From: Dehalococcoidia bacterium | GTDB taxonomy: Bacteria > Chloroflexota > Dehalococcoidia > Bin125 | Reading direction: 5' to 3' | Assembly (NCBI GenBank): GCA_963662615.2 | Contig: CAXXSR010000001.1 | Location: forward strand, 1,408,001 to 1,472,000 | DNA length: 64,000 bases | Shown here: positions 48,200 to 58,592 of the stretch, in pieces | Layout of the letters: every line of letters starts with the position of its first letter | Numbering within the stretch: the first letter of the stretch is position 1 | Notes under the pieces: generated by a model | Database searches by the model: none | What the model was told of the DNA's origin: nothing | What the model saw: the letters and a program-made list of their open reading frames with translations, nothing else | Position numbers and translations under genes: made by a program

Positions 48200-49735
48200 A
48201 TGGCCGTTCCTTCTTCGCTCCCACCTCCCCCGCCTCTCACGCATTCCCTGGCGGCCCCGCGGCCTCCCCTCCTAGGAACCACCGGCTTCCTCTGGTGGTT
48301 GCCGCTGCTGGCCGCCATCGCCGCGGGCTTTGTCGCCTTCCTCCTCAGCGAAGCCAATGATGACATCTTCGAGGCCGAGGCCCTGCTGCTCGCCCCCGCC
48401 GACTCCGCCCTGCCGCCCGAGACCTACGCCGCCCTCGCCACCGATGCCTCCATCCTCCGCGAGTCCATCCGCACGCTGCGCATTCCCGTGACGGTCGAGG
48501 AACTCCGCGCCGCCATCGACGTCACCGTCGACGGTGCCCTCATCTCCCTGCGCGTGCGCGCCACCGACCCCGACGCCGCCGAAGATCTCACCCGCCAAGT
48601 GGCCAATCGGGTGATCGCCGGCAGCTCCGACATCCTCGCCGGCGCCCCCCAACCGTCCGTCCTCCGCCCCCCCTCGACCCCCACCAGCAGCATCAATGAT
48701 CACACCGCCCGCAACACGGCCTTCGCCGTGGCGGCGGCGCTCGCCGGCGGCATCGCCCTCGCCGCCCTCGTCTCCCGACGCGAACTCCCGCCGCCCCCAC
48801 CCGCTCCCATCCCAGCGGGAGCAGGCGTCCCCGTCTTGACCCAGATCCCGCGCGAACTCCGTGCAACGACACCGGCCCTCATCGACCGGGTCGATTCCCC
48901 CGAGGCCCACGCCTACCGCCTGCTGCAGCGCACGCTTGAGAGCGAACGGGACCGGACCGGCTTCCGCACGCTTCTCGTCGCGGGACTGGAGGACGGCTTC
49001 GGCGCCAGCACCGCGGCCCTCAATCTGGCCCTCGCCTCAGCCGAGAGCGGCGTCTCCACCCTCCTCGTCGACGCCGACCTGCGGCGGCCGGCCGTGCACC
49101 GGCTCCTCCACCTCGCCAACAGCCGCGGCTTCGCCGACGCCCTCGCCGGGGAAGCCGCCGAAGCGCAGGAGCCCCACGTCCTCTCCCAAGGAACCCTCTG
49201 GGTCCTCACCAGCGGCCTCCTCCCCATTGAGCCCGCGCACCTCTTCCGCTCCGCCCGCGCCGCCACCGTCCTCGCGGAACTTGCCGTTGGGGCGGACCTC
49301 ACCATCCTCGACGGCCCCTCGCTGCAGCATCCAGAGACACCTGCCCTCGCCGCCCTCTGCGACGCCACCCTGCTGGTCGTCGAGGCGCGCCGCCTCGACG
49401 ACACCTCGCTGGCAACGACCGCAGCATGGCTGGACGCGGCCGGCGCGCACGTCCTCGGCGCCGTCGTGACCAAAGCCGCCCCGGAGGACGGCGGACGCTT
49501 CCGCGCCGGTGTCGATACCCTGCAACCCGTCTCCTCCACCGGCGTCCCCGCCACGGCGCCGCTCTCCCCGCTCGACCCCGCCCCTGAACCGAACCCGCCC
49601 GCCCGACCCCGTCCCGGACCCCCCGCCCGACCCCTAGCCACCGCGACGGCGCCCCGCCCCGCCACGATAGTCGTGCTGCGGCTGGCTCAGTTTTCGGGGG
49701 GGCAGGTCAACCGAACCGGCGCGCAAGCGGGCTAG
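48200..49735 (+). CDS. Wzc/CpsCD-like polysaccharide co-polymerase-kinase, degenerate
   Basis: Two TM helices, LLVDADLRRP, ILDGP; Walker A reads GFGAST; no Tyr cluster. Confidence 0.75.
   Translation: MAVPSSLPPPPPLTHSLAAPRPPLLGTTGFLWWLPLLAAIAAGFVAFLLSEANDDIFEAEALLLAPADSALPPETYAALATDASILRESIRTLRIPVTVEELRAAIDVTVDGALISLRVRATDPDAAEDLTRQVANRVIAGSSDILAGAPQPSVLRPPSTPTSSINDHTARNTAFAVAAALAGGIALAALVSRRELPPPPPAPIPAGAGVPVLTQIPRELRATTPALIDRVDSPEAHAYRLLQRTLESERDRTGFRTLLVAGLEDGFGASTAALNLALASAESGVSTLLVDADLRRPAVHRLLHLANSRGFADALAGEAAEAQEPHVLSQGTLWVLTSGLLPIEPAHLFRSARAATVLAELAVGADLTILDGPSLQHPETPALAALCDATLLVVEARRLDDTSLATTAAWLDAAGAHVLGAVVTKAAPEDGGRFRAGVDTLQPVSSTGVPATAPLSPLDPAPEPNPPARPRPGPPARPLATATAPRPATIVVLRLAQFSGGQVNRTGAQAG
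49682..49709 (+). mobile_element. Solo IS3 (IS407-like) right IR
   Basis: CTGGCTCAGTTTTCGGGGGGGCAGGTCA resembles the IRR at 15466-15490. Confidence 0.65.
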
Positions 49736-50343
49736 GGCTCTTCGTCGAGCCCTGCGAGGCCCTCCGCGAGGACGCTGAACGTGGCGTCCAGCAATTGGTC
49801 CAGGTCGTCTGCGCCGCCGCTGCTCACCCAAGCGCGTTCGGCCGCCCGCATGGCCCCGGCCACCGCACCCGCGACCAGCCGCGCCCGCAGCTCGGCGTCC
49901 GGGCCTGGGGCATGCGCGGCAACGACCTCAGCGATCGCCTCCTCGAAGTCGATGTCCAGCTCGAGCTGTCGCCCCGTCAGTGCGGGCACCGAGGCTACGA
50001 TCTGCTGAAGAGTGACCGCTTCACGCGAATCGTCGCCGATTAGGTCCGCGACCACGGCGCCCGCGGCGCGGCGCAAGAGCTTAGCCAGCGTCTCGCCCTC
50101 GCGACGACTGGCGAGCAGCTGACGGAAGGCCGCCACGTATTCATCATGCCGGCAGAAGAGCACGTCATCCTTGGTTCCGAAGTAGCGGAAGAACGTACGC
50201 GGCGAGGCCTCGGCGGCTTCCGCGATCTGCTCAACGGTCGTGGCCTCGTACCCTTGCTCGAGGAACAGCCGAGCGGCTGCGGCGAAGAGCACGTCGCGGG
50301 TCCGGCGCTTCTTCCGCTCACGGAGCGGCTCGCGTTCCTGCAT
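49732..50343 (-). CDS. TetR-family regulator
   Basis: LRERKKRRTR..TTVEQIA..RTFFRYFGTKDD. Confidence 0.93.
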   Translation of the reverse strand: MQEREPLRERKKRRTRDVLFAAAARLFLEQGYEATTVEQIAEAAEASPRTFFRYFGTKDDVLFCRHDEYVAAFRQLLASRREGETLAKLLRRAAGAVVADLIGDDSREAVTLQQIVASVPALTGRQLELDIDFEEAIAEVVAAHAPGPDAELRARLVAGAVAGAMRAAERAWVSSGGADDLDQLLDATFSVLAEGLAGLDEEP

Positions 50344-50354
50344 TCATGCATCTT

Positions 50355-50417
50355 ATGCCAGTAGGCGTGTAGCAGCACACACTATTTGTTGCCAAATGGC
50401 ATATAATGCCAGTAGGC
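50355..50417. promoter_or_regulatory. Putative TetR operators in the divergent promoter
   Basis: ATGCCAGTAGGC at 50355 and 50406; palindrome TGCCA-AA-TGGCA at 50390-50401; TATAAT at 50402. Confidence 0.6.
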
Positions 50418-50448
50418 TCTCTACGCCAGTACACGGCGGAGGTGGCAC

Positions 50449-51039
50449 ATGACTATCGAACAGGGTGAAGGTGGGCGTGACAGCTCAGGCTCTTCTTGGA
50501 TCCCTGTGCAACACCTCTGGCGACCACCCAGCGAAGGCGGGCAGCAGCGAAGCGTGTCCGAGCCAGATGCGGCGTCGGCTCACGCCCTCACCAGGCTCCT
50601 CTTGACCGCGGCAGGAGCGATGAGCCTGGCGGTCGCCCTGCTGCACCTCGCCATCATTTTCATCGGGGCGCCCGGATATCGCTACTTCGGGGCACCGGAG
50701 ACGTTCGCGCGACAGGCCGAAGCAGGGTCCATGCTCCCTGCCGTCTTGACCCTCGGCCTCACCGCTCTGTTCGCCACGTTCGGGCTCTACGGCCTCGGAG
50801 GGGCAGAGCGCTTCAGAGCACTGCCGCTCCTGCGCCCTGCGCTCGTGGCGATCGGCTGCATCTACACATTGAGGGGGCTCCCCGTTTTCCCCCAGGCGTG
50901 GTTGCTGCTCTGGTCGCCCGGTTCTCGCCCGCCGCGGGAGGTCGTCTTCTCGCTCGTCTCGCTCATCACCGGGCTTCTGTACCTCGAGGGAACGAGGCGT
51001 GGCTGGCGGCGACTGGGCTGGCTCCTGCAGGGCACGTAG
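50449..51039 (+). CDS. Membrane protein
   Basis: About four hydrophobic helices; GGAGG RBS. Confidence 0.65.
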   Translation: MTIEQGEGGRDSSGSSWIPVQHLWRPPSEGGQQRSVSEPDAASAHALTRLLLTAAGAMSLAVALLHLAIIFIGAPGYRYFGAPETFARQAEAGSMLPAVLTLGLTALFATFGLYGLGGAERFRALPLLRPALVAIGCIYTLRGLPVFPQAWLLLWSPGSRPPREVVFSLVSLITGLLYLEGTRRGWRRLGWLLQGT

Positions 51040-51084
51040 GGTGCCGAGCACTCGCGGCATCGACCCAAAAGGGAGGGATTTCCG

Positions 51085-52143
51085 ATGAGCGATGAGACCC
51101 GGCGGATAGAGAGCAGCGTCGACTACGGGTGGCACGATGTGTGGCCGCGACGACCCCGGCGGGGAGAGTCGCTGCCCCCGGGGCAGTGGGTCCTGCGGGT
51201 CTTTCCGCGCTTTGCCGACAAGCCACGGACTCCTCCACCCGCTGTGCCGGCGACCCCCACGCTCAAGATACGGGGAGCCGTCGGCGATGAGCTCTCGCTC
51301 GAGTTCGGTCGGCTCCAACAACTCCAGCGCCGTGAGCTGCTCGCGGATTTTCACTGCGTCACGACGTGGAGCGTTTTCGGTCTTCGCTGGAGCGGCTGGC
51401 GCCTCGCCGATCTGTGGCGCGAAGTCATCTGCCGGGACGCGCGACCGAGCAGCGAAGCATCGCACATCGTCGCGGTCGGCCTCGACGGGCACCGCGCGAT
51501 CCTCCACCTCGACGACGCGTTGGCAGAGGACGTCTTCGTCGTGGACACCCTCGCCGGTGCTCCGCTCGACCTGGTCCACGGGGCACCGCTTCGACTGGTC
51601 AGCCCCCAGCAGTACGCCTACAAGAGCGTCAAGCACCTGACCGCCATCGAAGTGCATACCAGTGAGCCCACCCGGCAGCTCGGCAACAAGGAGCATCCCC
51701 GAGCCCGGGTCGATCGCGAAGAACGCCACGCTACCCTCCCAGCGTGGCTCGTCCGCTGGCCGTATCGAGCCGTCGTCCCCATGACAGCCATGATGGCCCG
51801 GCATAGCGCGCGCGGTGCTCCGCGAGGGAAGCGACTCAGGACACCGTGGCGCGACGCAACGCTGAGCCCGCCGAATGTGGTAGGCCTGAAAGCAGGCAAA
51901 CGGCTCCGGGTCGTGATCGTCGGCGGTAGGTTCGGCGGACTCGCCGCCGCGCGCCCCCCGAAGCCGGGCACCGGCCGGCCCCAGTACGCCTCATCGCGGA
52001 ACGCCGCGCACTTCTCGCGGGCCACGGTCCACCGACGGCGCACCGCCGCGGAGGAATCGTCCGCGCGCTACTCCCCAACCAGTTCGCGCCCTTCCGGCAA
52101 AGAGGCAGCGCGCCTAATCACTTGCTTGGCCGCGGAAGTTTGA
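51085..52143 (+). CDS. Molybdopterin-dependent oxidoreductase (MsrP/sulfite-oxidase-like); C-terminus is read-through
   Basis: DFHCVTTWS, HGAPLRLVSP..YAYKSVKHL; then an Ndh-like fragment VVIVGGRFGGLAAAR. Confidence 0.75.
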   Translation: MSDETRRIESSVDYGWHDVWPRRPRRGESLPPGQWVLRVFPRFADKPRTPPPAVPATPTLKIRGAVGDELSLEFGRLQQLQRRELLADFHCVTTWSVFGLRWSGWRLADLWREVICRDARPSSEASHIVAVGLDGHRAILHLDDALAEDVFVVDTLAGAPLDLVHGAPLRLVSPQQYAYKSVKHLTAIEVHTSEPTRQLGNKEHPRARVDREERHATLPAWLVRWPYRAVVPMTAMMARHSARGAPRGKRLRTPWRDATLSPPNVVGLKAGKRLRVVIVGGRFGGLAAARPPKPGTGRPQYASSRNAAHFSRATVHRRRTAAEESSARYSPTSSRPSGKEAARLITCLAAEV

Positions 52144-52230
52144 TCTCGCATCACTCCCCAACGAGTTCGTGTCCAAGTAAAAAAACGCCGCGCCATGAAG
52201 GCACGCCGCCGCGGCGGAATGGTCCGCCCG

Positions 52231-53388
52231 CTACTCCCCAACCAGCTCGCGACCAATAAGCAAACGACGGATCTCGCTGGTCCCCGCGCCGATCTCCAGC
52301 AGCTTCGCGTCGCGCAGGTAGCGCGATACCGCACTGTCGTTCATGTAGCCGTAGCCGCCGTGGATCTGCACCGCCTGGTTCGCCACCCGCGTCGCCATCT
52401 CGGCCGCGTACAGGATCGCCGCCGCCGCCTCTTTGTCCACCCGCTCCCCCTCCCCCTTCGACGCCCGCTCGGCCACGACCGCCGTCCGGTACACCAGCCA
52501 GCGCGCCGCCTCGATCTCCGTGTACATGTCGGCCAGCTTCGCCTGGATCAGCTGAAAATCGCCAATGCGCTGTCCGAACTGCCGCCGCTCTCGCGCATAG
52601 GCGATGCTCGCCTCCAGCGCCGCCTCGGCAATGCCCACCGACTCCCCCGCCAGGAACACCCGCTCCACCACCAGCCCCTGCATCATCACCGTCACGCCCC
52701 GGTCCACCTCGCCCAGCACGTTCGCCGACGGCACCTCGCAGTCTTCGAGAATCAGCTCCGCCGTCGGCGACCCCCGATGCCCCAGCTTGTCCAGCTTCTG
52801 TCCCACACTGAAGCCGGGAAAATCGCTCTCGACAATGAACGCTGTGATCCCCTCCGACCCTGCCTCCGGCGCCGTCTTCGCGTACAGCACCAGCGTGTCC
52901 GCCACCGACCCGTTGGTGATGAACATCTTGGTCCCGTTGAGGAGATAGACGTCCCCCTCCCGACGCGCCGTCATGCGAATCCCCACCGCATCCGACCCCG
53001 CCTCCGGCTCGGTCAGCGCCAGCGCCCCGATCGCCTCCCCCCGGCACAGCGGCGGCAGGTATGTGCGCTTCTGCGCCTCGTCGCCGTTGACCGCAATGTT
53101 GTTCGCGCAGAGGTTGGCGTGCGCCCCGTACGACAGCGCCACCGACGCGCTCACCTTCCCCAGCTCCTCGATCACCAGCACGCCCGAGAGCAGGTCCGCG
53201 CCCGCGCCCCCGTACTCCTCGGGGATCGTCACGCCCAGCACCCCCAGCTCGCCCAGCTTCGGCCACAGCTCCGCCGGAAAGCGGTCCTCCCGATCGATCG
53301 CCGCCGCCATCGGCGCGATCTCCCTTCGCGCGAACTCACGCACCGTGTCCTGGAGAAGACGTTGCACTTCGCTCAGTGCAAAGTCCAT
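52231..53388 (-). CDS. Acyl-CoA dehydrogenase (isovaleryl-CoA DH-like)
   Basis: LSYGAHANLC, ALTEPEAGSD, GTKMFITNG, RDAKLLEIGAGTSEIRR. Confidence 0.93.
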   Translation of the reverse strand: MDFALSEVQRLLQDTVREFARREIAPMAAAIDREDRFPAELWPKLGELGVLGVTIPEEYGGAGADLLSGVLVIEELGKVSASVALSYGAHANLCANNIAVNGDEAQKRTYLPPLCRGEAIGALALTEPEAGSDAVGIRMTARREGDVYLLNGTKMFITNGSVADTLVLYAKTAPEAGSEGITAFIVESDFPGFSVGQKLDKLGHRGSPTAELILEDCEVPSANVLGEVDRGVTVMMQGLVVERVFLAGESVGIAEAALEASIAYARERRQFGQRIGDFQLIQAKLADMYTEIEAARWLVYRTAVVAERASKGEGERVDKEAAAAILYAAEMATRVANQAVQIHGGYGYMNDSAVSRYLRDAKLLEIGAGTSEIRRLLIGRELVGE

Positions 53389-53429
53389 GGGCTCCAACCC
53401 CCGCTGGCGGCAGTCTACAGCCGCTCGAC

Positions 53430-54033
53430 GGCGCCTCCGCCCTCCGCTCCCCCCAGCCTGGCTACACTCCCCAACAACCAGCGAAGGGAGCGCAAAATCC
53501 CGGGAGACACCGCTGCACCACAGTGCCTCCGCCCTCCGCTCGCGCAAACCCCGCTACACACCCAGCGCCCTGCGGAGGGTGAACAAAAAGGCGCCCTGCG
53601 GAGGGAGAGCAAAAAGCCCTCCGCTGCCCCCAGCCTTGCTACACTCCCCCGCGCCTTGCGGAGGGAGAGCAAAAAGCCCTCGCGGCACGACGGCGCCTCC
53701 GCCTTTCCCCGCCCTGCGAGTGCCACAAGACCCCCCACGGTCAGCGGAACGAATAACGAAATCCTTCACGACACCGCTGCACCACAGTGCCTCCACCCTC
53801 CGCTCACCCGAACGCCGCTCAACCTCCCAGCGCACTGCGGAGGGAGAGCAAAAAGGCGACCCGCGGAGGGAGAGCAAAATCCTTCAGGCTACCGCTGCAA
53901 CGCTGCGCCTCCGCCCTCCGCTCACCCCAACCTCGCTCAACTCTCCAACGCCCTGCGGAGGGTGCACAAAAAGCCCTCCGCTGCCACCAGCCTTGCTACA
54001 CTCCCCAGCGATCTGCGGAGGGAGAGCAAAAAG
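53430..54033 (+). repeat. Modular repeat array of the downstream gene's promoter/RBS
   Basis: About eight GCGGAGGGAGAGCAAAAAG-like units, CCCTCCGC complements and GCTACACTCCCC copies. Confidence 0.8.
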
Positions 54034-55008
54034 ATGGTGAATACTGCCCGCGGCCCCATCGACGCCGCCGACCTCGGCCGCACCCTCATCCACGAGCACA
54101 TCGCCATCCGCACCCCCGGCATCGCCGAGAACTGGCCCGAGTTAGCCGATGACGCCTGTCTCAGCAGCGCCGAGGAAAAGCTGCGAGCGCTGGCCCAGCG
54201 GGGCATCGGCGCCATCGTCGAGCTGACCACCGCCGACATGGGCCGCGACGCCCGCTACCTCCAGGACGTCGCCGCCCGCACCAGCATCCACATCATCGTC
54301 TGCACGGGCATCTACTGGGTCGTGCCGCGATATTGGTGGCGCCGCGACGCCGAAGAGCTGGCCGCGGTCTTCGTCAAAGACATCACCGAGGGCATCCAGG
54401 GCACCGACCTCAAGGCCGGCGTGATCAAGCTCGCCAGCGACCAGGCCCCCACCGACGCCTTCGGGCGCGCCATCGTCCATCAGGGCGACGCGGCCTTGCA
54501 GGAGATGTGCCTCCGTGCCGGCGCCCGCGCCCATCGACGCACCGGCGTCCCCATCGCCACCCACAACAACCCGCCCACCCTCGGCCGCGAGCAGCAGCGC
54601 ATCTTCGCCGATGAGGGCGTCGACCTCAGCCGCGTCGTCATCGGCCACGTCGGCGACACCACCGACACCGGCTACCTCAAGGAACTCATGGAGCGCGGCA
54701 GCTGCGTCGGCATGGACCGCTTCGGCCTTGATGCGATCCTCTCCTTCGAGGATCGCGTCGACACCGTCGCCGCCCTCTGCCGCGACGGCTACACCGACCG
54801 CGTCGTCCTCAGCCACGACGCCGCCTGCTGCCTCGACTGGCTGCCGAACCATCAGAACATCGCCGAGCATCTCCCCAACTGGCACTTCAACCACATCCCC
54901 GACGACGTCCTCCCCGCCCTCCGCCAGCGCGGCGTCTCCGACCGCCAGATCGACCAGATGCTGATCGACAACCCCCGCCGCCTCTTCGACGCCCAGGACC
55001 CCTACTGA
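54034..55008 (+). CDS. Phosphotriesterase-related amidohydrolase
   Basis: TLIHEH, GVIK, PIATH, IGH, LSHD. Confidence 0.92.
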   Translation: MVNTARGPIDAADLGRTLIHEHIAIRTPGIAENWPELADDACLSSAEEKLRALAQRGIGAIVELTTADMGRDARYLQDVAARTSIHIIVCTGIYWVVPRYWWRRDAEELAAVFVKDITEGIQGTDLKAGVIKLASDQAPTDAFGRAIVHQGDAALQEMCLRAGARAHRRTGVPIATHNNPPTLGREQQRIFADEGVDLSRVVIGHVGDTTDTGYLKELMERGSCVGMDRFGLDAILSFEDRVDTVAALCRDGYTDRVVLSHDAACCLDWLPNHQNIAEHLPNWHFNHIPDDVLPALRQRGVSDRQIDQMLIDNPRRLFDAQDPY

Positions 55009-55175
55009 TTTCGCTCGCCTCGCCGATCGCCATCTGCTGGGTGCGCGAATCCGAGTGCAGCGACCGCTGTGCGTGACTTGATCGAAGCGCTCTGCCCTGC
55101 AACAGCATTCCCCGTCTACTTGCCTTCACCGCCACTGGAGTGGAGCCTTGGCAGTGCGGAGTGGCGAGCTACGAC

Positions 55176-56015
55176 TTAGGCATTCGCAGTATGCCGACGG
55201 TCTGCCGCATCTACATAGACGTGCGCCGCTTCGTAGAGGGCAGCGAAGACCCTCAAGAGTGAAGCCAGTAGCACTAAGGCGCGATCAATCGCGGCGTTCA
55301 TGTCTGCCGTCGGGGCGACGTTGGAGTTGGTTGCCAAACTGCGAAAGAACGAGGCTGTTCCGCTGAGCGCCCCCAGTATGCCCTCTTCAGCAAAGGCTAA
55401 CGATTGATCCCGTAGGGATCTAGGATGTCCAGCCTCGTATCGCTCAGCCATGTTCAAAAGGAGCGCGGCAGTCTGTTTTTGCTGCCGGCACAATTCGGGC
55501 AAGCGTCGTTCAATCTGCGTGGAATATCGATTGAGATCTCTCGATGCACCGCTAACCAATCGCCGCATCTTCTTCGGTCCTGAGTTAGGATCGGACTGCA
55601 GAGCAGTAAGTTGATTTGCGTGGAAAGTGAACCGCTCGCCGATCCATCGGGTGTCCCGATTCAACTTTCTCAACTCCTTAGACATTTCACCGATGGCTGC
55701 CTCACCCTCGATCCTCAGATCGAGCCACCCTTTCCTTGCGGTCGGTGGCTCTGGTACGTAAGGATTTGCAATGCGATATGCACCTTCTAGAGCGCCCAAT
55801 CCAATCAGACCCATCAAGATCAGTGCCCACGCCCATAGCGGCATCACATCCAAAATGTCCGCGACAACAGGGATGTCTTCGTCGGGTAGGAACTGCGCCC
55901 GAAGAAGATCGAAAATGCCGATGACGCCGATTACGACCGCACCCCAGCGCATCCATGGACCGATGACGGCGCGCCAGACTGTGACCCTGCGCCGAACCAT
56001 TCGCAGCATTCCCAC
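55176..56015 (-). CDS. Hypothetical membrane protein (atypical composition)
   Basis: Two N-terminal TM helices, helical C-terminus; visibly lower GC. Confidence 0.6.
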   Translation of the reverse strand: MGMLRMVRRRVTVWRAVIGPWMRWGAVVIGVIGIFDLLRAQFLPDEDIPVVADILDVMPLWAWALILMGLIGLGALEGAYRIANPYVPEPPTARKGWLDLRIEGEAAIGEMSKELRKLNRDTRWIGERFTFHANQLTALQSDPNSGPKKMRRLVSGASRDLNRYSTQIERRLPELCRQQKQTAALLLNMAERYEAGHPRSLRDQSLAFAEEGILGALSGTASFFRSLATNSNVAPTADMNAAIDRALVLLASLLRVFAALYEAAHVYVDAADRRHTANA

Positions 56016-56167
56016 ATGCTACGCCAGACAATCTCGGCTGGACTGCACATGCTCGGTGGCTCATGAGCCCGCGCGGCTCCACCAACGCCAGTCTCAGCAA
56101 CCGCCGCACCGCCGGCAAGACTGTGCGTTGGGGCGAGTGCTACGCCGTCTCTATACTGGACGCACAG

Positions 56168-56791
56168 GTGGCATCTACTGACGACGCCGAAGGCGACGCG
56201 ACCTTTTCAGAATGCACACAGTGCGGGAAGCCGGCCGTCGTGAATCACGGGGGGCATCCCCTGTGCGTGGATCATCACCTCCGTATGCAGCAGGCTGGTT
56301 ATCTTGCAGGCAGCATGATCACCGCCCAACTGAACCGGATAAGCGAGGAAATTTCACACGCAATGGGCGGCCTCGTCCGGCCGATCAAAATGGAGATCCC
56401 TCGTCCGCCGTTCGTAGGAGATACTTTTACGCTCAATAACATCAATGTCTCGAACAGCACGATCGGCGCGATCAATACGGGAACCGTTCAGAATTTGGAC
56501 GCATCGATCACGTTGCTTGAGAGCGTTGAAAAGCGTGCGCTGGCATCCGCCGTCAAGGACTTCGCGCAGGAGCTCATCGACAACCCTGAGCTTGCCGCAT
56601 CCATCAAAGATGAAGTGGCCGAGCAGTTAGAGCTCGTTCTCTCCCAGGTCCAAGCGAAAGCCGACGAGAGGCGTGCGGGCACGATCAAGAGCGTGTTGTC
56701 GGGCATACGCTCGTCCGTCGGGGCAGTGGCGTCGCTTGTCGCAACTTGGGACAAGCTCGAGCCCCTTCTTAGGAGCGAAGTCCTTGGGTAA
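56168..56791 (+). CDS. Hypothetical protein with N-terminal CxxC..CxxH
   Basis: CTQCGKP..LCVDHH, NNINVSNSTIGAINTG; start uncertain (ORF opens at 56063). Confidence 0.65.
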   Translation: MASTDDAEGDATFSECTQCGKPAVVNHGGHPLCVDHHLRMQQAGYLAGSMITAQLNRISEEISHAMGGLVRPIKMEIPRPPFVGDTFTLNNINVSNSTIGAINTGTVQNLDASITLLESVEKRALASAVKDFAQELIDNPELAASIKDEVAEQLELVLSQVQAKADERRAGTIKSVLSGIRSSVGAVASLVATWDKLEPLLRSEVLG

Positions 56792-57116
56792 CAGCTTCGT
56801 AATCAACCGCCACGCCGTCCCCGCCATCTTCGCGACCCTCGCCAACCCCACCACCCAGGTCAAAGGGCTCGTCGAACCCGGGCTGAGTTCGCCGCCCTAG
56901 CCGCGCCCCCCCACCAACCCCAGCCCCGCAGCCGGCGCCCCGCCGCGCCCGCTATTCGCGCGGACGCGATGTCGGCCAGATCGATGCGAGGGAGAACCGA
57001 ACGTTGCGAGTCCCCCGGCGTCCCCGCCCCCGCACAAACGAGACATCATCGGCACACCTGAACAGCGGCCGCTCGGGGCGGCAACGAGCGTCAGTGCTCC
57101 GTACGCGATCGACTTC

Positions 57117-57611
57117 TCAGGCGACGTTCGCCAACTGGAGGTCGACATCGGTGGTGGCGATGGAGCCGGTCTCGATGTGATATTTGAGGCCGGCGAGGGC
57201 GAGTCGTATCTCCTTGCGCATCATCCGTTTGAGCATCATCGATTCCACGAGCAATCCAAGGGGTCCCAGCTTCGTGCTGAATTCCTGATGCAGTGTGACC
57301 TCGGTGCTCGCCCCCCGTTCATGCACGCTCCAACGGTTGCGGAGCGCCTGCATGGGGAACGGCAGCCCGGCGGTCACGTCGTAGCTGTACGCTTCGCCCT
57401 CAGACCAAGAAACAATGGTCTCCTCGAGCGTGCCCATTTTCACGTGCTCGCAGGTGCGTACCGCGCCGACACCTTCCTTGACATCTCCCACGATCGCCGA
57501 GTCGGTGATGGTCGGCGCCCATCTGGAGACAGTGCCGAAATCGGCGAGAACTGCCCAAACCTTATCTCTGGCTGCGTCGATCACGACGCCGCTTGTCAAC
57601 GAAGACATCAT
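57117..57611 (-). CDS. SRPBCC/polyketide-cyclase-like protein
   Basis: IDAARDKVWAVLADF..W.P..GVGAVR..LAGLK; AAGGAG RBS. Confidence 0.88.
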   Translation of the reverse strand: MMSSLTSGVVIDAARDKVWAVLADFGTVSRWAPTITDSAIVGDVKEGVGAVRTCEHVKMGTLEETIVSWSEGEAYSYDVTAGLPFPMQALRNRWSVHERGASTEVTLHQEFSTKLGPLGLLVESMMLKRMMRKEIRLALAGLKYHIETGSIATTDVDLQLANVA

Positions 57612-57708
57612 TGTTCTCCTTTTCAATCCAAAGCCGGCTAGCTGCCGGCCTCGAGCCGGGTGACGATGAAGTCGCTGGTCCCTTCTGCGGGGCCTCCATC
57701 CCGTCCGC

Positions 57709-58592
57709 TTAGGCCATGCCCAGCGAGCTGAACAGTTGCTGGCGGCTCTTGTCGTATTGCTCGTTGAGTTCCCGCACACCCGCGGTCACCAGGGTTCCCA
57801 CGACGGTGCGCAGCGGCCGCTGCCCTGCGGGCAGGTCGACCAGGTTGGCAATGGCGTCCGCGACCTCTTGAGGGTCGGGGGCGTCGGGCCCGCTGAAGGC
57901 CTGACCGAAGCCGTCGAACATCTCCTGGGGCTTCGTGGCCATCTCGCCATACTGGGTGGGGATCTCCTCGTCGGCGGGGAAGGCGATAGCCGAACCGCTG
58001 GCCAACCCTTCGGTGAGGAAGCCGCCCGCTTCGAGGATGATCGATTCGATCCCGAAGGGGGCCAGTTCGAACGAGAACTCTTCGGCGAAGGCTTCCAATG
58101 CGGCCTTGCCTGCCGAATACGGGCTCACGAAGGGGACGATGATCCGGCCGCCGGTGCTGGAGACATGGATCAACAGCCCGGAGCGTTGCTGGCGCATCGT
58201 CGGGAGTACCGCCTTGTCCACTCGGAGCGCCCCGAAGGCGACGGTCTCGAAGGACGCTCGTACTTCGTCGAGGCTGAAGGCTTCCAGGAGCCCGGCGGTT
58301 GCGGAGGCGGCGTTGTTGAGACTACATCGATGCGACCGGCGGATGCCAGGACGTGTCGTATGGCTTCGTCGATGGTTGCCTGGTCGGTGATGTCGAGTTC
58401 AACGACCTCCAGATGGGCGTTCTCCGTGGCGGCCCACCGCCGCATGGTTTCTGCGGCTTCGGCGTTCTTGCCATCGATGCCTCGCATCGACGCGAAGACA
58501 TGGTGACCGCGCCGGGCCAGCGTTTGAGCGGTGCGGCGTCCAAAGCCGCTGCTCGAGCCGGTGACGAGGACGGCAAGGGGTGAGCTGGTCAT
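57709..58592 (-). pseudogene. SDR oxidoreductase, frameshifted near 58320
   Basis: TGSSSGFG..GRIDVV in one frame; NNA..YSAGK in another. Confidence 0.85.

Noticed and set aside
52195-55008. 937-aa ORF as one protein
   Set aside because: The first ~610 codons are the antisense shadow of the acyl-CoA dehydrogenase plus repeats; the real gene starts at 54034
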